The position numbers and the translations under genes were made by a program. A stretch of DNA of 64,000 bases, taken from contig NC_083231.1 of the NCBI RefSeq assembly GCF_032191835.1, forward strand, positions 126,356,001 through 126,420,000, read 5' to 3'. Origin of the DNA: Heteronotia binoei. Lineage: Eukaryota. Positions 1-11,724 of this stretch are shown here, in pieces (positions within the stretch are counted from its first letter, which is position 1; every line of letters starts with the position of its first letter). Below the pieces are notes generated by a model that worked only from the letters and a program-made list of their open reading frames with translations, was not told where the DNA came from and did no database searches.

Positions 1-1574
1 TCAGCATTTTCCCTTTCCATTCTGTTCTTGAATGTTCCATTCTGTTCCTTTGCAATAAAACAGAGACTTTGAGGTCACTCACTGAATGTTGTGGGAGGTT
101 AAAGTGTTCACATACAGGTTTCTCAGTCTTATGATTCCTGATGTCAGATTTGTGTCCATGTATCCTTTGGTGTAGGTTTTGCCTTATGTAAAGAACTGAA
201 GGGCATTGTTGACATTTAGAGCGCAATCCTATGAGGGGGAGTGGAAAGTGCTTTGGGAGTGGACTTACCACTACATTGGCGCAGGTGGCATGTACGCCAG
301 TGGAAGTGTGGTGCCGTCACAGCGGAGGGAAGTTACATGAGCACCGGCCTGCTCGAGCACCACCCTGCCCGAGTGCAGCACCTAAGTGGAGGCGTAAGTC
401 TGGTGGAGCGGGCTGCAGCAGCGGAAGAGGGGGAGGAGTCAGGGGCATAGCCAGGCTTAGGTGGCTCCCTAAGGAGTTCGGGCCATGACACACACGCCCC
501 CCGAGGCGTAAAATTACGCCCCTGAAAATGGCAGCATATCACATAGGCACTCATTGAAACCGAAAACAAAGGTTGTCCCCACTGCCATGGGAGCTCGTAA
601 ACCCCTTAGGAAGCGGTGTAATTGCCTCACCAATCCCCTCGCGCCCCGAGCTGGTGAGCCCCCTCCCCAGCAGCGAATTGCCATGCCCCCCCTCCTAGAA
701 ATACTTCTGCTCTGACCTCCCACAACTCAGCTGTTAGGGACAGGCGTGCATGGCGAGAGTTCTTCTGGTGAGCTCCCCACCATGCGGACTTAGAGTGAGG
801 GATAGGCACATTGGTGATGGGCTCATCACTACGTGATTGCTTTGACAGTATCTTTGACTTGCAAGGGGGAGAGCGAGGTCCCTCCCCTGGGGCTAACTGC
901 TCTTGTTTCCAGGTCTCCGCAGGTTCCCGGCTCCCAAAGGCTCTGTATGTGAGGACTGTTGCCCATGGTCTGCCCTCTGCCACGTTCCCAACCCCTGGCA
1001 GGGTGCAGTGTGTGTGGCAGCTGCCCCAATGCGGGGAGGTGGGTCAGAGACTGTCCCTTTAAGAGCGTGCCTGGCTGAAATGCAGCCTGCTCTTCCAGCT
1101 CCTGCCCCTGCAGGTGCTCTTGATCTCTGTCTCTGTTTTGCAGGTGGGAATCCAAGACAGAGGCTTCTGTATGTGGCGCTCCACCACCCCCCCCTCCACT
1201 CCCTCAGTTGTTCCTGCCTGCCACTCGGAATGGAGCCCCACCCATGGCGAGACTGCCCAGCGCGCACCAGGGAAACCGTTGTGCTCTGTTCTGTAAAAAT
1301 AAAGTCTGAGCTGTGCCCTCTGTTGTCTCTCCTGCTTGGCATCTGCTGCACGTTCCTGGGTGCCTCCCCCCACTCTGTCAGTGGCCTCTCCGAGGGAATG
1401 CCTGGGAGCGTGGGCAGACTTGGTTCTTGGGGGTGGGGAGAGGGCTATAAGCCACCATGCTGCCCCCACATGGCTGGACAGGGGAGGGGGTTGCTGCCAC
1501 TCAGCCTGCCCGACCCCACAGGGCTGTTTTGTGCAGGGCACAAGGGGGGCTGATGGAGTGGATGTATTCCAGCA

Positions 1575-2629
1575 GCTTGCACTCTATCTACTAATGGACG
1601 GTCGGCCTGACTGCGTCCCAAAAAATCTGGACCTAGCATTGCAGGCTGTGGCAGGTTGGCTCAGGCTGAGTGGATTGAAGCTGAATCCAACGAAGAAAGA
1701 GGTCCTTTGCTTGGGCCGCGGTGCCCCGGGAAGGGAAATCCCTCTTCCGGTTTTTGACGGTGTGCCGCTGAAAGCGGCCCACAGAGTCAAGAACTTGGGG
1801 GTTCTTCTGGAGCCTTCACTGTCAATGGAGGCACAGATAGCGGCCACTGCAAAGTCCACATTTTTTCATCTTCGACAGGCGAAGCAGTTGGCCCCCTTCC
1901 TTGAGTGCTGGGACCTAGCAACGTGATCCATGCAAAGGTCACCTCGAGACTGGGTTACTGTAACGCCCTCTACATGGGGCTGCCCTTGTGCCAAACCCGG
2001 CAGAACGCAGTGGCTAGGCTGTTGTTGGGACTCCCGAGGTGGGAGCACATACAGCTGGGGCTGTGCGGGCTGCACTGGCTGCCAGTGGTGTACCGGGTTC
2101 GTTACAAAGTGCTTGTTATTACCTTTAAAGCCCTATATAGCCAAGGACCTGCCTACCTGAGGGACTGTCTCTCCCCATATGAACCCCAGAGAGTGCTGAG
2201 GTCAGCTGGAAAGAACCAGCTGAATATCCCTGGGCCGAAGGAGGCCAAATTGAAGACTACTCGGGAACGGGCCTTCTCTATTGCAGCTCCACTACTGTGG
2301 AACCAGCTCCCGGAGGAAGTGCGAGCCCTGTGGTGTTTGGGCGAATTCCGCAGGGCCTGCAAGACCTTTCTCTTTAAAATGGCCTTCACTTAATGCTGAG
2401 CCAAGATAGATTCGCTGAAGATGTTTTTAGCCACTGAATTTTATAGAAGATTTGAGTTATAGCACCATAATGTTAATTTAATATAAGTCGATTTAAATGA
2501 TGGTTTTATCTAATTGTAATTACCGTGTATTATGGTTTTATTGTACATTGTATTTATGTGTTGTGAGCCGCCCTGAGCCTGTCTTGGTGGGGAGGGTGGG
2601 ATATAAATAAAAAGTTATTATTATTATTA
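1575..2629 (+). mobile_element. L2-clade LINE, 5'-truncated (RT C-terminus + 3' tail)
   Basis: Frameshifted ORFs 1336-1926 and 1905-2393 contain L2 motifs (LKLNPTKKEVL, VKNLGVLL, SRLGYCNALY, LHWLPV, RAFSIAAP.LWN.LP). The 3' end tgtgagccgccctgagcc...ataaataaaaag is followed by (TTA)n. Confidence 0.88.
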
Positions 2630-3119
2630 GTTCTGCGGCCTCTGGGGGAGGTGTTCGTGCACAGAGCAGGGGGCGTCAGGGTGACATGGGGGTTTCTGGG
2701 GGGGGGGGGGGGTGTTGGACTTTGTGATCTGCTCACTCCCAGACACATATTCCAGCCGCTGTCTATGGCAGTGAACTCCTGCACTTCGTGTGTCCTGCGT
2801 GTCTGCGCATGCCTCTGCCCGTCTGCCTGCCATTGACAGGGTCTCTGACAGTGGGTGGGCGTGAGGGGACTGGCGGCCTCTCAGGCGCAGGCTTTTCACC
2901 CCCCTTCCTGGTCACATGCCAAGGGCTAGCCAATCTCATGATCCCGCGTGACCCTGTCCTTCCCCCACCCCTGCCTCGGACATGGGCAGCATCACCATGG
3001 TGACTGCTTGTCTCTCACTCGCCCATCCGTGCTCCCCCTCCCTGCCTGGTGTATCATCTCCCCTTTGGGAGCCGACTGGCTGCCTAGGCTAGTTCTACAC
3101 TCGGGCGCAGGATTGGGCA

Positions 3120-3640
3120 GCCCATGGCATAAACAGTGTTAGAAGATGAGCAATCAATGAGCCCGAGATGGTGTTGTTGTCGATGTTCGGTCCAGTCATT
3201 GTGTTGTCTGGGTGTATGCGGCAGCAATGTTGGCATCTGAGTTTACTGCAGGCTCTGGGAGTCCATGTCCAGTGTCCATGTCCAAATTACATGTTGCATT
3301 ATTGTGGCTGAGGAGCTGTTTGCAGTTTGGGGGTTGTCTGTGTGCAAGAAAAGATCTGCCCCCCAGTATTTGTGAAAGAGAGCTGTCATTGCCCAGTAGA
3401 AGTTGTTAGTAGTTGATGATTCAGTGAACTGTTCTGAAAGGCAAGTTGTATGTCATGCCCACTCGTGTTCTGTTGCTTTTTATAGACCTGGCTCGCAGCA
3501 GGTTTTCTGTGGGTACCATTCTGGCTTTCTTAATCTGTTTCCTGACTTCATCAGGTGGGCACTTCTGTCCCAAAAGGGTTTGTTGTGGGACTCTCTGTCT
3601 GTAGGCTGCAGCCTTGCAAATACATGCAGCTGAAGATGTT
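3120..3640 (-). mobile_element. Penelope-like element fragment (RT thumb/linker), degraded
   Basis: The minus strand translates to CPPDEVRKQIKKARMVPTENLLRARSIKSNRTRVGMTY and, further on, SQILGGRSFLAHRQPPN, matching reptile Penelope/Neptune-type ORFs as I remember them. Stops and frameshifts are present. Confidence 0.7.
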
Positions 3641-3849
3641 TTGGAAAAGGCTCTGCCTGCCTGATCAGCCAGCAGAGAAACTAGAATTTATGAAAAGAGA
3701 TGCTATTGGGAGAACTCTAGTTTTGAATTCTGTTTCTGAAATAGAAGGCCCCTCACTCACTGACTGGACTGCTCTCACTGAGCAGATGTGGGAGATGCTC
3801 AGAGACGGGACTGAGAGCAGACAGTCATTCATTCTGAGCAGACAGGTTA

Positions 3850-4052
3850 AAATGGATAAAAGGAAGTACTTCTTCACCCAAAGGGTGATTAACATGTGGA
3901 ATTCACTGCCACAGGAGGTGGTGGTGGCCACAAGCATGGCCACCTTCAAGAGGGGGTTAGATAAAAATATGGAGCAGAGGTCCATCAGTGGCTATTAGCC
4001 ACAGTGTGTGTGTGTGTGTGTGTGTATATATAATATATTTGGCCGCTGTGTG
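3850..4052 (+). mobile_element. CR1 LINE 3' fragment (continues at 5106-5510)
   Basis: [29 protein letters not shown]-terminal motif, then the CR1 3'UTR with (TG)n. Interrupted by a hAT insertion. Confidence 0.88.
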
Positions 4053-5105
4053 TAGGATGGCCAGACCGTCCCGGTCTCCCGGGAAAGTCCCGGTTCTGGC
4101 CCCCAATTCCCGGCTTCTGGGCTNNNNNNNNNNNNNNNNNNNNNNNNNNNNNNNNNNNNNNNNNNNNNNNNNNNNNNNNNNNNNNNNNNNNNNNNNNNNN
4201 NNNNNNNNNNNNNNNNNNNNNNNNNNNNNNNNNNNNNNNNNNNNNNNNNNNNNNNNNNNNNNNNNNNNNNNNNNNNNNNNNNNNNNNNNNNNNNNNNNNN
4301 NNNNNNNNNNNNNNNNNNNNNNNNNNNNNNNNNNNNNNNNNNNNNNNNNNNNNNNNNNNNNNNNNNNNNNNNNNNNNNNNNNNNNNNNNNNNNNNNNNNN
4401 NNNNNNNNNNNNNNNNNNNNNNNNNNNNNNNNNNNNNNNNNNNNNNNNNNCGACTCCCTCCGCCGGCTGTTTCTGATAGCCCTGCGCCCCCTCTTTCATT
4501 TGATATGTGTCCCGTGCGGGTGCCACCCTCCTGCCGGGAGATGCCGCAAAATGAGCCCCCTTGAGGCTTATGGAGGCAGGGCTCGGGGGAAGCAAGCTAG
4601 ACTGCTGTCCTTTTGAGGGGTTATAGAGTGTTTCGAGCCCGTCCCTGTGGCATCGGCCCCATCATTGTGGGACCCAGGGGGCCGCCGCAGCGGCCGGCTG
4701 AAGCAGCCTGTCGGTCACTTCTGGGTTCCTGTCCTGCATCTCAACCTGTGTTATTAGTGACAGGCTGCTTTGGTAGGCCGCTGCGCCGGCCCCCTGGGTC
4801 CCACAACGATGGGACCGATGCCACAGGGACGGGCTCGAAACACTCTATAACCCCTCAAAAGAACAGCAGTCTAGCTCGCTTCCGCACGGGACACATATCA
4901 AATGAAAGAGGGGGCGCAGGGCTATCAGAAACAGCCGGCGGAGGGAAATGATGTCACAAGAAGTGATGTCACTTCCTGTTTCCGGCGGTGGCATGACATC
5001 ACCGGAAGTGACGTCACTTCCTGTTTCCGGCGGCACATGCGTGCACTCACATCATTCCCCCCTCAAGGTGTCCCTGGCTGGCCTCCAGCTATTATGGCCA
5101 CCCTA
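4053..5105. mobile_element. Non-autonomous hAT (fold-back/MITE-like) element, copy 1
   Basis: TIRs TAGGATGGCCA...TGGCCACCCTA, perfect 8-bp TSD GCTGTGTG (4045-4052 / 5106-5113), internal ~490-bp palindrome (4451-4940), and an N gap at 4124-4450. Confidence 0.9.
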
Positions 5106-5112
5106 GCTGTGT

Positions 5113-5510
5113 GACACAGAATGTTGGACTGGATGGGCCATTGGCCTGATCCAACAGGGCTTCTCTTATGTTCTTATGTGACACAGAGTGTTGGACTGGA
5201 GGGGCCACTGGCCTGATCCAACATGGCTTCTCTTATGTGACACAGAGTGTTGGACTGGATGGGCCACTGGCCTGATCCAACAGGGCTTCTCTTATGTTCA
5301 TATGTGACACAGAGTGTTGGACTGGAGGGGCCATTGGCCTGATCCAACAGGGCTTCTCTTATGTTCTTATGTGACACAGAGTGTTGGACTGCAGGGGCCA
5401 TTGGCCTGATCCAACAGGGCTCCTCTTATGTTCTTATATGACACAGAGTGTTGGACTGGATGGGCCATTGGCCTAATCTAACATGGCTTCTCTTATGTTC
5501 TTATGTTCTT
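5113..5510 (+). repeat. Tandem array of the CR1 3'-terminal ~60-70-bp unit
   Basis: About 6 copies of tgtgacacagagtgttggactgga(t/g)gggcca(t/c)tggcctgatccaaca(g/t)ggcttctcttatgttctta. Confidence 0.85.
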
Positions 5511-5970
5511 AAGGGCTGCATGGTTTTAAAATGGCTGATGGGGAATCCGCATAGACACACACCTGGATAAAATTATGATGACTGTCTCTGAGCAGGAAGC
5601 CTCAGGGGATGTCCCAAAGGACCGGCAAATCCCTGTAGCATCTGCAACAGTCCACCAGCCACTGACGAGTCAAACGCCTGTGACAGAAAGAGCTCACGCC
5701 TGACTATGAGATAAATTATCTATGGGAAGAAGAAAGGACCAGAAGGAGGTCTCACAAACAACAAATAAAATGTCGGTTTCAAGGGAGCATCATGGAGAAA
5801 GAGAGAGGACACGTTTTCAAAGAACCAAGGAAAGCTTTTCCAGTGAGGCAGCGACATCCAATGGTCATATGCAGAACAGCACCAAGAATAAACCCCAATT
5901 TAAGGGAAGACACCTAGTGGCCGCGCCAAGGGAAATGCCAAGTAGAAGCCCTCTGGCACAAGCTGCGCTT

Positions 5971-6143
5971 TCTTTGTAGCAGGAACTCCTTTGCATATGA
6001 GGCCACCCCCGCCCCCCTGATGTAGCCAATCCTCCAAGAGCTTACAGGGCTCTCTCTTAGTACGGGGCCTACTAGAAGCTCCAGGAGGATTGGCTACATG
6101 GGGGGGGGGGTGCTCATATGCAAAGGAGTCCCTGCTATAAAGA
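5971..6143. mobile_element. Short palindromic MITE
   Basis: ctttgtagcaggaactcctttgcatatgag ... ctcatatgcaaaggagtccctgctataaag inverted arms, with an internal gtagccaatcctcc/ggaggattggctac pair. Confidence 0.7.
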
Positions 6144-6194
6144 ACACAAGACATATGTTGACTGGCAGTGAAAGAAAACCAAATGTTAAGAATC

Positions 6195-7540
6195 TTTAGC
6201 TGTTGGACAGTGGCAGTTATTCACATATTTGTCTTGATGAAAAATACATTACTGAATTAGACAAACAATCTACAGCAAGTTAATGGGCAATGTTGAAGGA
6301 AGTGGTGTTGTCTTATTGAGGCCATTCTGCTTAGAGACTGCACCCTTGTTCCAGGAGCCAGCAACAGCTTCCACTACAAGAATTGGAGAAAGTGGGTATA
6401 AAGTTAGACTTGGAGAGAATCCTGGTAGCCTTGTGCCCACCGCCTGTGGAACAGATTTTCATGATTTATGTAATCTTGAAGCTGCTCAGGATGCTGCAGA
6501 AGCTGCTGACAGGTCAGCGGGCCATAGAGGGCAGCCTGCATGTAGTCAGAAGGGCTGCATCTTAAAGTGGCCACAGGGATGTACAAAGTGTGCAAAAATT
6601 ATTGAAGAAGCAGGAGACCCTAGGCCAGGGATGGCCAAACTGCGCCTGGAGAATCACGTGTGGCTCTTTCCTACACACTGTGTGGCTCTCCAAGCCCCCA
6701 CCACCCTGACAGCCAACTAGGAGAAGGCATTTCTCTCTATAAATCTGTTCTCCAAGCCAGCCAGTAGCTTGGAGAAAGCATTTAAAGTTGCTTTCTTGCC
6801 ACCTCCCCCTCCCTCATCTATTTGCCTGACTGCCTTCCTTCCTTGTCCTGCAGCTCTCAAACATCTGACATTTATTCTGTGTGGCTCTTAAGTTAAGCAA
6901 GTTTGGCCACCCACTGTAGGCCAAGAGAGACAGCAACTGTGGCCACTGTGAGACATTCAGCAAGGAGCAGCCAAGAGGCCGCATTTGTGCCACCTGGAAG
7001 GGAACCCTCAACCTGGCAAGAGATGGACCAGCTGCCCGCACCAGAGAGAAGCACATGGAGGGAGGCGGTGAAGGCTGAACCTGAATCCTTATGCAAAAAG
7101 CAAGCTTACACCCTGACTCCGTTGCCTCCTGAAAGGCTGCCAGTGGGTGCTCAAGGTGAAATACAACCCAGAGGGTCGTGTGGACAGGTACAAAGCATGC
7201 CGAGTAGCAAAAGGTTTTTCACAACCATTTGGAATTGACTGTTCTGATAGCTTTGCACCTGTCATAAGTCACACTTCTGAGTACAGCAGCCTCAAGAGAC
7301 TTGCATGTTGGACATTTCTCAGTGGAGCCTTATTTGAAGAGGTCGCCATGGCACAACCAAAGGGTTTTCAAGAGGAAGAAGAAGAGAATCTCTTTGCAGA
7401 CTTCAAAAGTTTCTCTGTGGCCAAAGCAGGGAATGCCAAACAGAAGCAAGGTTTTCTCCAAGGAAAAGCGGATCCTCGCTTGCTTTCGAGATTTGAAAAT
7501 GGAGACTGTCCTCACATCTGTTGACAGCTTGATTTTATGT
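6195..7540 (+). mobile_element. Ty1/copia LTR-retrotransposon relic (protease and RT remnants)
   Basis: LLDSGSYSHIC (copia protease DSG) near 6200; EPSTWQE..W.EAV..E.ESL; KVKYNPEGRVDRYKACRVAKGFSQPFGID.SDSFAPV (copia RT). Many stops and frameshifts. Confidence 0.8.
6626..6916. mobile_element. hAT-type MITE inserted in the copia relic
   Basis: TIR-like ends CAGGGATGGCCAAAC ... GTTTGGCCACCCACTG; TSD not clean. Confidence 0.6.
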
Positions 7541-8519
7541 TGCTAGGCACAAGAGGGCATCAAGGAAAGAGCTGGTGACCTCACAAGGGAGTTGAAGGAA
7601 AGCAACTGGGAGCTTCCGCTGTAAACTGGAGCCAGGCGGGTCTGTGGGGTCCAGCAGAGAGAGGCCTCATCCACGGTCCCTTGCTGCACTGCAACTGGGT
7701 GGAGCCAGCCAAGGCGGAGGCCTAAGCGGCACGGGGGGGGGCTGCAGGGGGGGCACTCTGGGTTAAAGCAAAAATGCTTTATAAACACGACAGGAAGAAA
7801 TAAAAGATACAATAAGAACGATATCATGGTTATAATTACACCAAAGAAAAGGGAAAGTGCGCCGACATATAATAAACAAGGACATTGTAAATGACAAACA
7901 TTGTATGATAGTACAAAGGTCAAGGTTGTCCCCTGTGCGGGCAGCAGCCCTTGCTGGCTCTCGGCGTTTTCTCCGTGGCCCTCCCCTCCCCTCCCCTCCC
8001 CCGCCTCTGTTCTGGCCGCCGCTGAAGCTGAGGGGAGGGGAGGGGGAGGGCGGCTGGGCACAGGATTCCGGCAAACTGGTCGGAGGTGGCCGAGAGGATG
8101 CTGCCTCGCCCCCCGCAGCAGGCGGCCTCGCTGAGTCCAGCCACCCTTTCAGACCCACCAACCTGCCGCCGCCACCGCCCTCCTGGCCGCAGGCTTTGGC
8201 TTGCTGGGCGCCCGCACAGAAGCGTCTTTCCCGGGACTCCAGGTGGGCTCTGGCGCTTCAGAGGACCCCGGCTGGGCTGCCCCCTGGAGCGATCTGCCGC
8301 CCTTCCCCTCCCCTCCGTCTCCTCAGAAGGTCCTGCCGCGAGCGAGAAATCGGTTGCGCCTCTGGGAAGCGGCGGTGGAGCTCCTTTCAGCCACAAGCGG
8401 CTCTGCTGAGCTGGGCGACTCCTTCTTCTGCCCCTTGCGCCCGGCGCTCCTCGCCACTACACACACGCGCGCGCGCACTTCTGCCCAGGTTAGCATCCAT
8501 GGCGACAACTAATCTCGAA

Positions 8520-8700
8520 CTAATAAGGGACTGCAAGAACCGAATGGAAGGGCAACTGCTGATTTACAAGTGATTATGAGACTCGGAATAAACACGCCCC
8601 CCAGGACTGAACAGGGATATTGGTTTCTGATCGCATTACAGATGCTAAACCCAAGTGCAGCTATATATCCCCAGTATTCCAATGTATTTCTCTTTTAGAA
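8520..8700 (+). mobile_element. Penelope-like element 3' ORF end
   Basis: Translates ATADLQVIMRLGINTPPGLNRDIGF*SHYRC*, resembling the post-GIY-YIG C-terminus of reptile Penelope elements. Confidence 0.6.
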
Positions 8701-8930
8701 TATTGTATCAGAATAACGTTTTTGTATTGACGAACTTAAATATTGGTTGTTTATCTCATTACATATATTAAATTCATGTTCCACCATACTCTAATATATT
8801 ATTTTCTTGTAATGGAAAACTGCAGTGATGTTTATAATGTGTGCTACATATTAATAAGTAGGTGGAAAGGAAGGCCTCTGAAAAAAACATCTGGAGAGCC
8901 ACCGTTGGCCACCCCTGCTCTATCGAATTC

Positions 8931-9224
8931 GAAGAGCCCCATGGCGCAGAGTGGTAAAGCTGCAGTCTGAATTCTCTGTTCACGAGTCACGACCTGAGTT
9001 CGATCCCCGGTGGAAGGTGGGTTTTCAGGTAGCCGCTCAGGTTGACTCAGCCTTCCATCCTTCCGGGTCGGTAAAATGGGGGGGGGGGGGGCGGGAATGG
9101 AGATGACTGGGGAAGGCAATGGCAAATCACCCCGTAAAAATTCTGCAGTGAAAACGTTGTGGTGCGACGTCACCCCCAGAGCCGGAAACGACTGGTGCTT
9201 GCACAGGGGACTGCCTTTACCTTC
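8931..9224 (+). mobile_element. Sauria SINE (tRNA-derived head, BovB-like 3' end)
   Basis: A box TGGCGCAGAGTGG, B box GTTCGATCC, body ggttgactcagccttccatccttcc, gactggggaaggcaatggcaaa, and tail ctttaccttc. Confidence 0.88.
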
Positions 9225-9497
9225 GTCGAATTAGAAGTAGTTTGCAGAATGCCCGGGACACGATGCTTTGATCTCCTCTGCGAGATCCTAGAGTTGGAAG
9301 AGACCTCCAGGGTCATCTAGTCCAACCCCCTGCACCATGCAGGAAACTCACAAGCCCCTCCCCCTCAATCATGTATTGATGATGTTCCGGGCAGCGATTT
9401 GCTGCCCCAAGAAGAAGAGCGAAGAACCCCGAGGGGGTGGGGAGCTCCTCCAGGAGCCTTCCTCCCTCCTGCTCCTCTCCCGCCCTGCCGCGCCCTC

Positions 9498-9922
9498 TAT
9501 GGGAAATACTATTGAATTCAGAGGCTTGGAGCGGCAATAATTGGAGTCGAGCCTTAAGCTTATCAAAAGAAATAAAGTTGACTACAAAACATCAGGATAG
9601 AGCACTTGCGATAAAAAAGAAAAACAATTTAGCATACCAGCTAGTCTAACTATGTCTGTCCTACATGGCTACAACCCCTTTGTCTCACAGTTCATCTTCC
9701 CAAAGAGCATTTCGCCAGGAAGAAGAGCGATTCAGCTTGCATACAAGATCAAAGCATTTCACACCTAACATCCTTTCTGACCAATGTTGTGTTCACATCT
9801 TTTGCAGGTAAAGAAGATTCTGCTCACAATTGGGTTTAGGTTACAATACATCACTTCCTCTTTCAGGTAAACAAACAGTTAGCTCTATAATGGCTGGAAT
9901 GTGCATAGCTTGTATTCCAACA
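9498..9922 (-). mobile_element. Solo LTR, copy 1 (425 bp)
   Basis: T(A/G)T...ACA termini, perfect 5-bp TSD CCCTC (9493-9497 / 9923-9927), homologous along its length to 10662-11088. Confidence 0.75.
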
Positions 9923-10364
9923 CCCTCGGATGCCCTCCCCCCCTCCTCTTCTTCCCCAGTGGGCTAGAGGCAAGACCCCGCCTGGCCCCCAGGAGCTGGG
10001 GGGGGGGGGGAGATCCAGGGGGCTGGTTTTAGGAGGGGGCCGGCTGGTCTCCGGTTCCGTGGGGGGGGTTTCCTCTTCTTCCTCCCCCCCCCCGCCCCTC
10101 CTGGGCCACCTGGCTGCTTAACCAAAGGAGTTAAATGTTTGGAACCAAAGGTGGAGCGCTTCAGCAGGCTGGGGCTAGTGTTTTCGCGGGGAGTTGGGAG
10201 TCTCAGGATGGAGGGAGGGAAAAACCCCTGGCCTGGGTCAAGGCGGGTGAGGCCAGCGGCGGGGAGCCCGGGTCTCAACCCACACCCACCGCCACCCCGC
10301 CGCGAGACTCTCCCTTTCCCTGCTCCACAGGCTGCCCCCGACGGATTCGAATCCAGGCCTGGGG

Positions 10365-10570
10365 CAAGTTTGGTGTCCTGGTTAAGAGCGCTGGACTCTA
10401 ATCTGGAAGCACCGGGCTTGATTCCCCATTCCTCACATGCACCTGCTGGTGTGGCCTTGGGGACAGTCGCAGGTCTCGCAAGAGCTGCTCTCTCAAGAGC
10501 AGTTCCCTCTGAGCTCTCTCAGCCCAGCTCCCGCTCGCTCTCCCACTGTGCCTCTTGTGGGGAGAGGAAG
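10365..10570 (+). mobile_element. Squam3-like (MIR/Ther1-derived) tRNA SINE, degraded
   Basis: agtttggtgtcctggttaagagcgctggactctaatctgg...ttgattcccc head and ctctcagccc body. Confidence 0.7.
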
Positions 10571-10661
10571 GGAGGCGGATTCCGAGTGTCCTCCTCCTCC
10601 CCCCACCGCCCTCTTGTTTCCCGCCAGCGCCCGAAACGGCTGCGAATTCTGCCCGGGGGTC

Positions 10662-11088
10662 TGTTTAGGAAAAACGATTGAATTCAGAGGTGTGGAGCGG
10701 CAATAATTGGAGACGAGGCTTAAGCTTAGCAAAAGAAATAGTTTTATTAGAAAAACACAAGGAAAAGCTACTTGGGAGAAAAGAAATACAACTTCGCTTA
10801 GCAGCTTGGCGAAATCCGTCTGGGCTCTACGTGGCTACGGTTTACAACTCTTTGCCTTGCAGTCCTTGTTGCCAGAAAGCATTCGGGACAGGAAGACAGA
10901 CTGGCGATTCAGCCTGCATACAAGAGCAGAGCTTTTCACACCCAAGGTGCTGTCTGGCCCATGCAATGTTTCCATGTTTCCCGGGCTTAGAAGAGTCAGT
11001 CCCTAACTGGGTTTCAAGTCACACTACATCATTTCCTCTTCCAGGTGACTCGATAACGGCTGGAATGGGCATAGCTTGTATCCCAACA
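10662..11088 (-). mobile_element. Solo LTR, copy 2 (427 bp)
   Basis: TGT...ACA termini, minus-strand AATAAA (plus tttatt 10743-10748), same family as 9498-9922. Flanks ggtc/gttc (imperfect TSD). Confidence 0.75.
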
Positions 11089-11169
11089 GTTCTGGTTTAG
11101 ATGGGCCGGCTTTCCAAGGAAAGAGATGCGGCAGCGGGCGCCCCTCCGGGGAAGGGGGGGAAGAGAAGA

Positions 11170-11410
11170 CGAAGAAGACTGCAGACTTCTCTCTGAATCA
11201 GAGCGGCTCACAATCTCCTATATCTTCCTCCCCCCAAACAGACACCCTGTGAGGTGGGTGGGGCTGAGAGGGCTCCCAGCAGCTGCCCTTTCAAGGACAA
11301 CCTCTGCCAGAGCTCTGGCTGACCCAAGGCCATTCCCGCAGCTGCAAGGGGAGGAATGGGGAATCAAGCCCGGTCCTTCCAGATTAGAGTCCGCACACTT
11401 CACCAAAGTG
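11170..11410 (-). mobile_element. Squam3-like SINE
   Basis: Reverse complement of the gecko SINE consensus (ctctgaatcagagcggctcacaatctcc...acagacaccctgtgaggtggg...agagtccgcacactt). Confidence 0.85.
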
Positions 11411-11724
11411 GCTTCGGGTGAAGAGAGCCCCGCCGCCCCCCGCTTAACCCCAGGTTCCCAAGAGTGGCAGGAGGGAGCCGTGTGGGGCGCAGGTGGGGTC
11501 TGGCAGGCCGTTGGGAGGGAAGGGGAGGGGGGAGGCCTGGCCCCTGGGTGGGCANNNNNNNNNNNNNNNNNNNNNNNNNNNNNNNNNNNNNNNNNNNNNN
11601 NNNNNNNNNNNNNNNNNNNNNNNNNNNNNNNNNNNNNNNNNNNNNNNNNNNNNNNNNNNNNNNNNNNNNNNNNNNNNNNNNNNNNNNNNNNNNNNNNNNN
11701 NNNNNNNNNNNNNNNNNNNNNNNN

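Noticed and set aside
212-760. Possible MITE starting AGAGCGCAATCCT
   Set aside because: No matching inverted terminus was found in the window.
8931-9010. tRNA-like sequences (also at 49690, 62115, 62320)
   Set aside because: SINE heads with A/B boxes that continue into SINE bodies; no full cloverleaf, so not tRNA genes.
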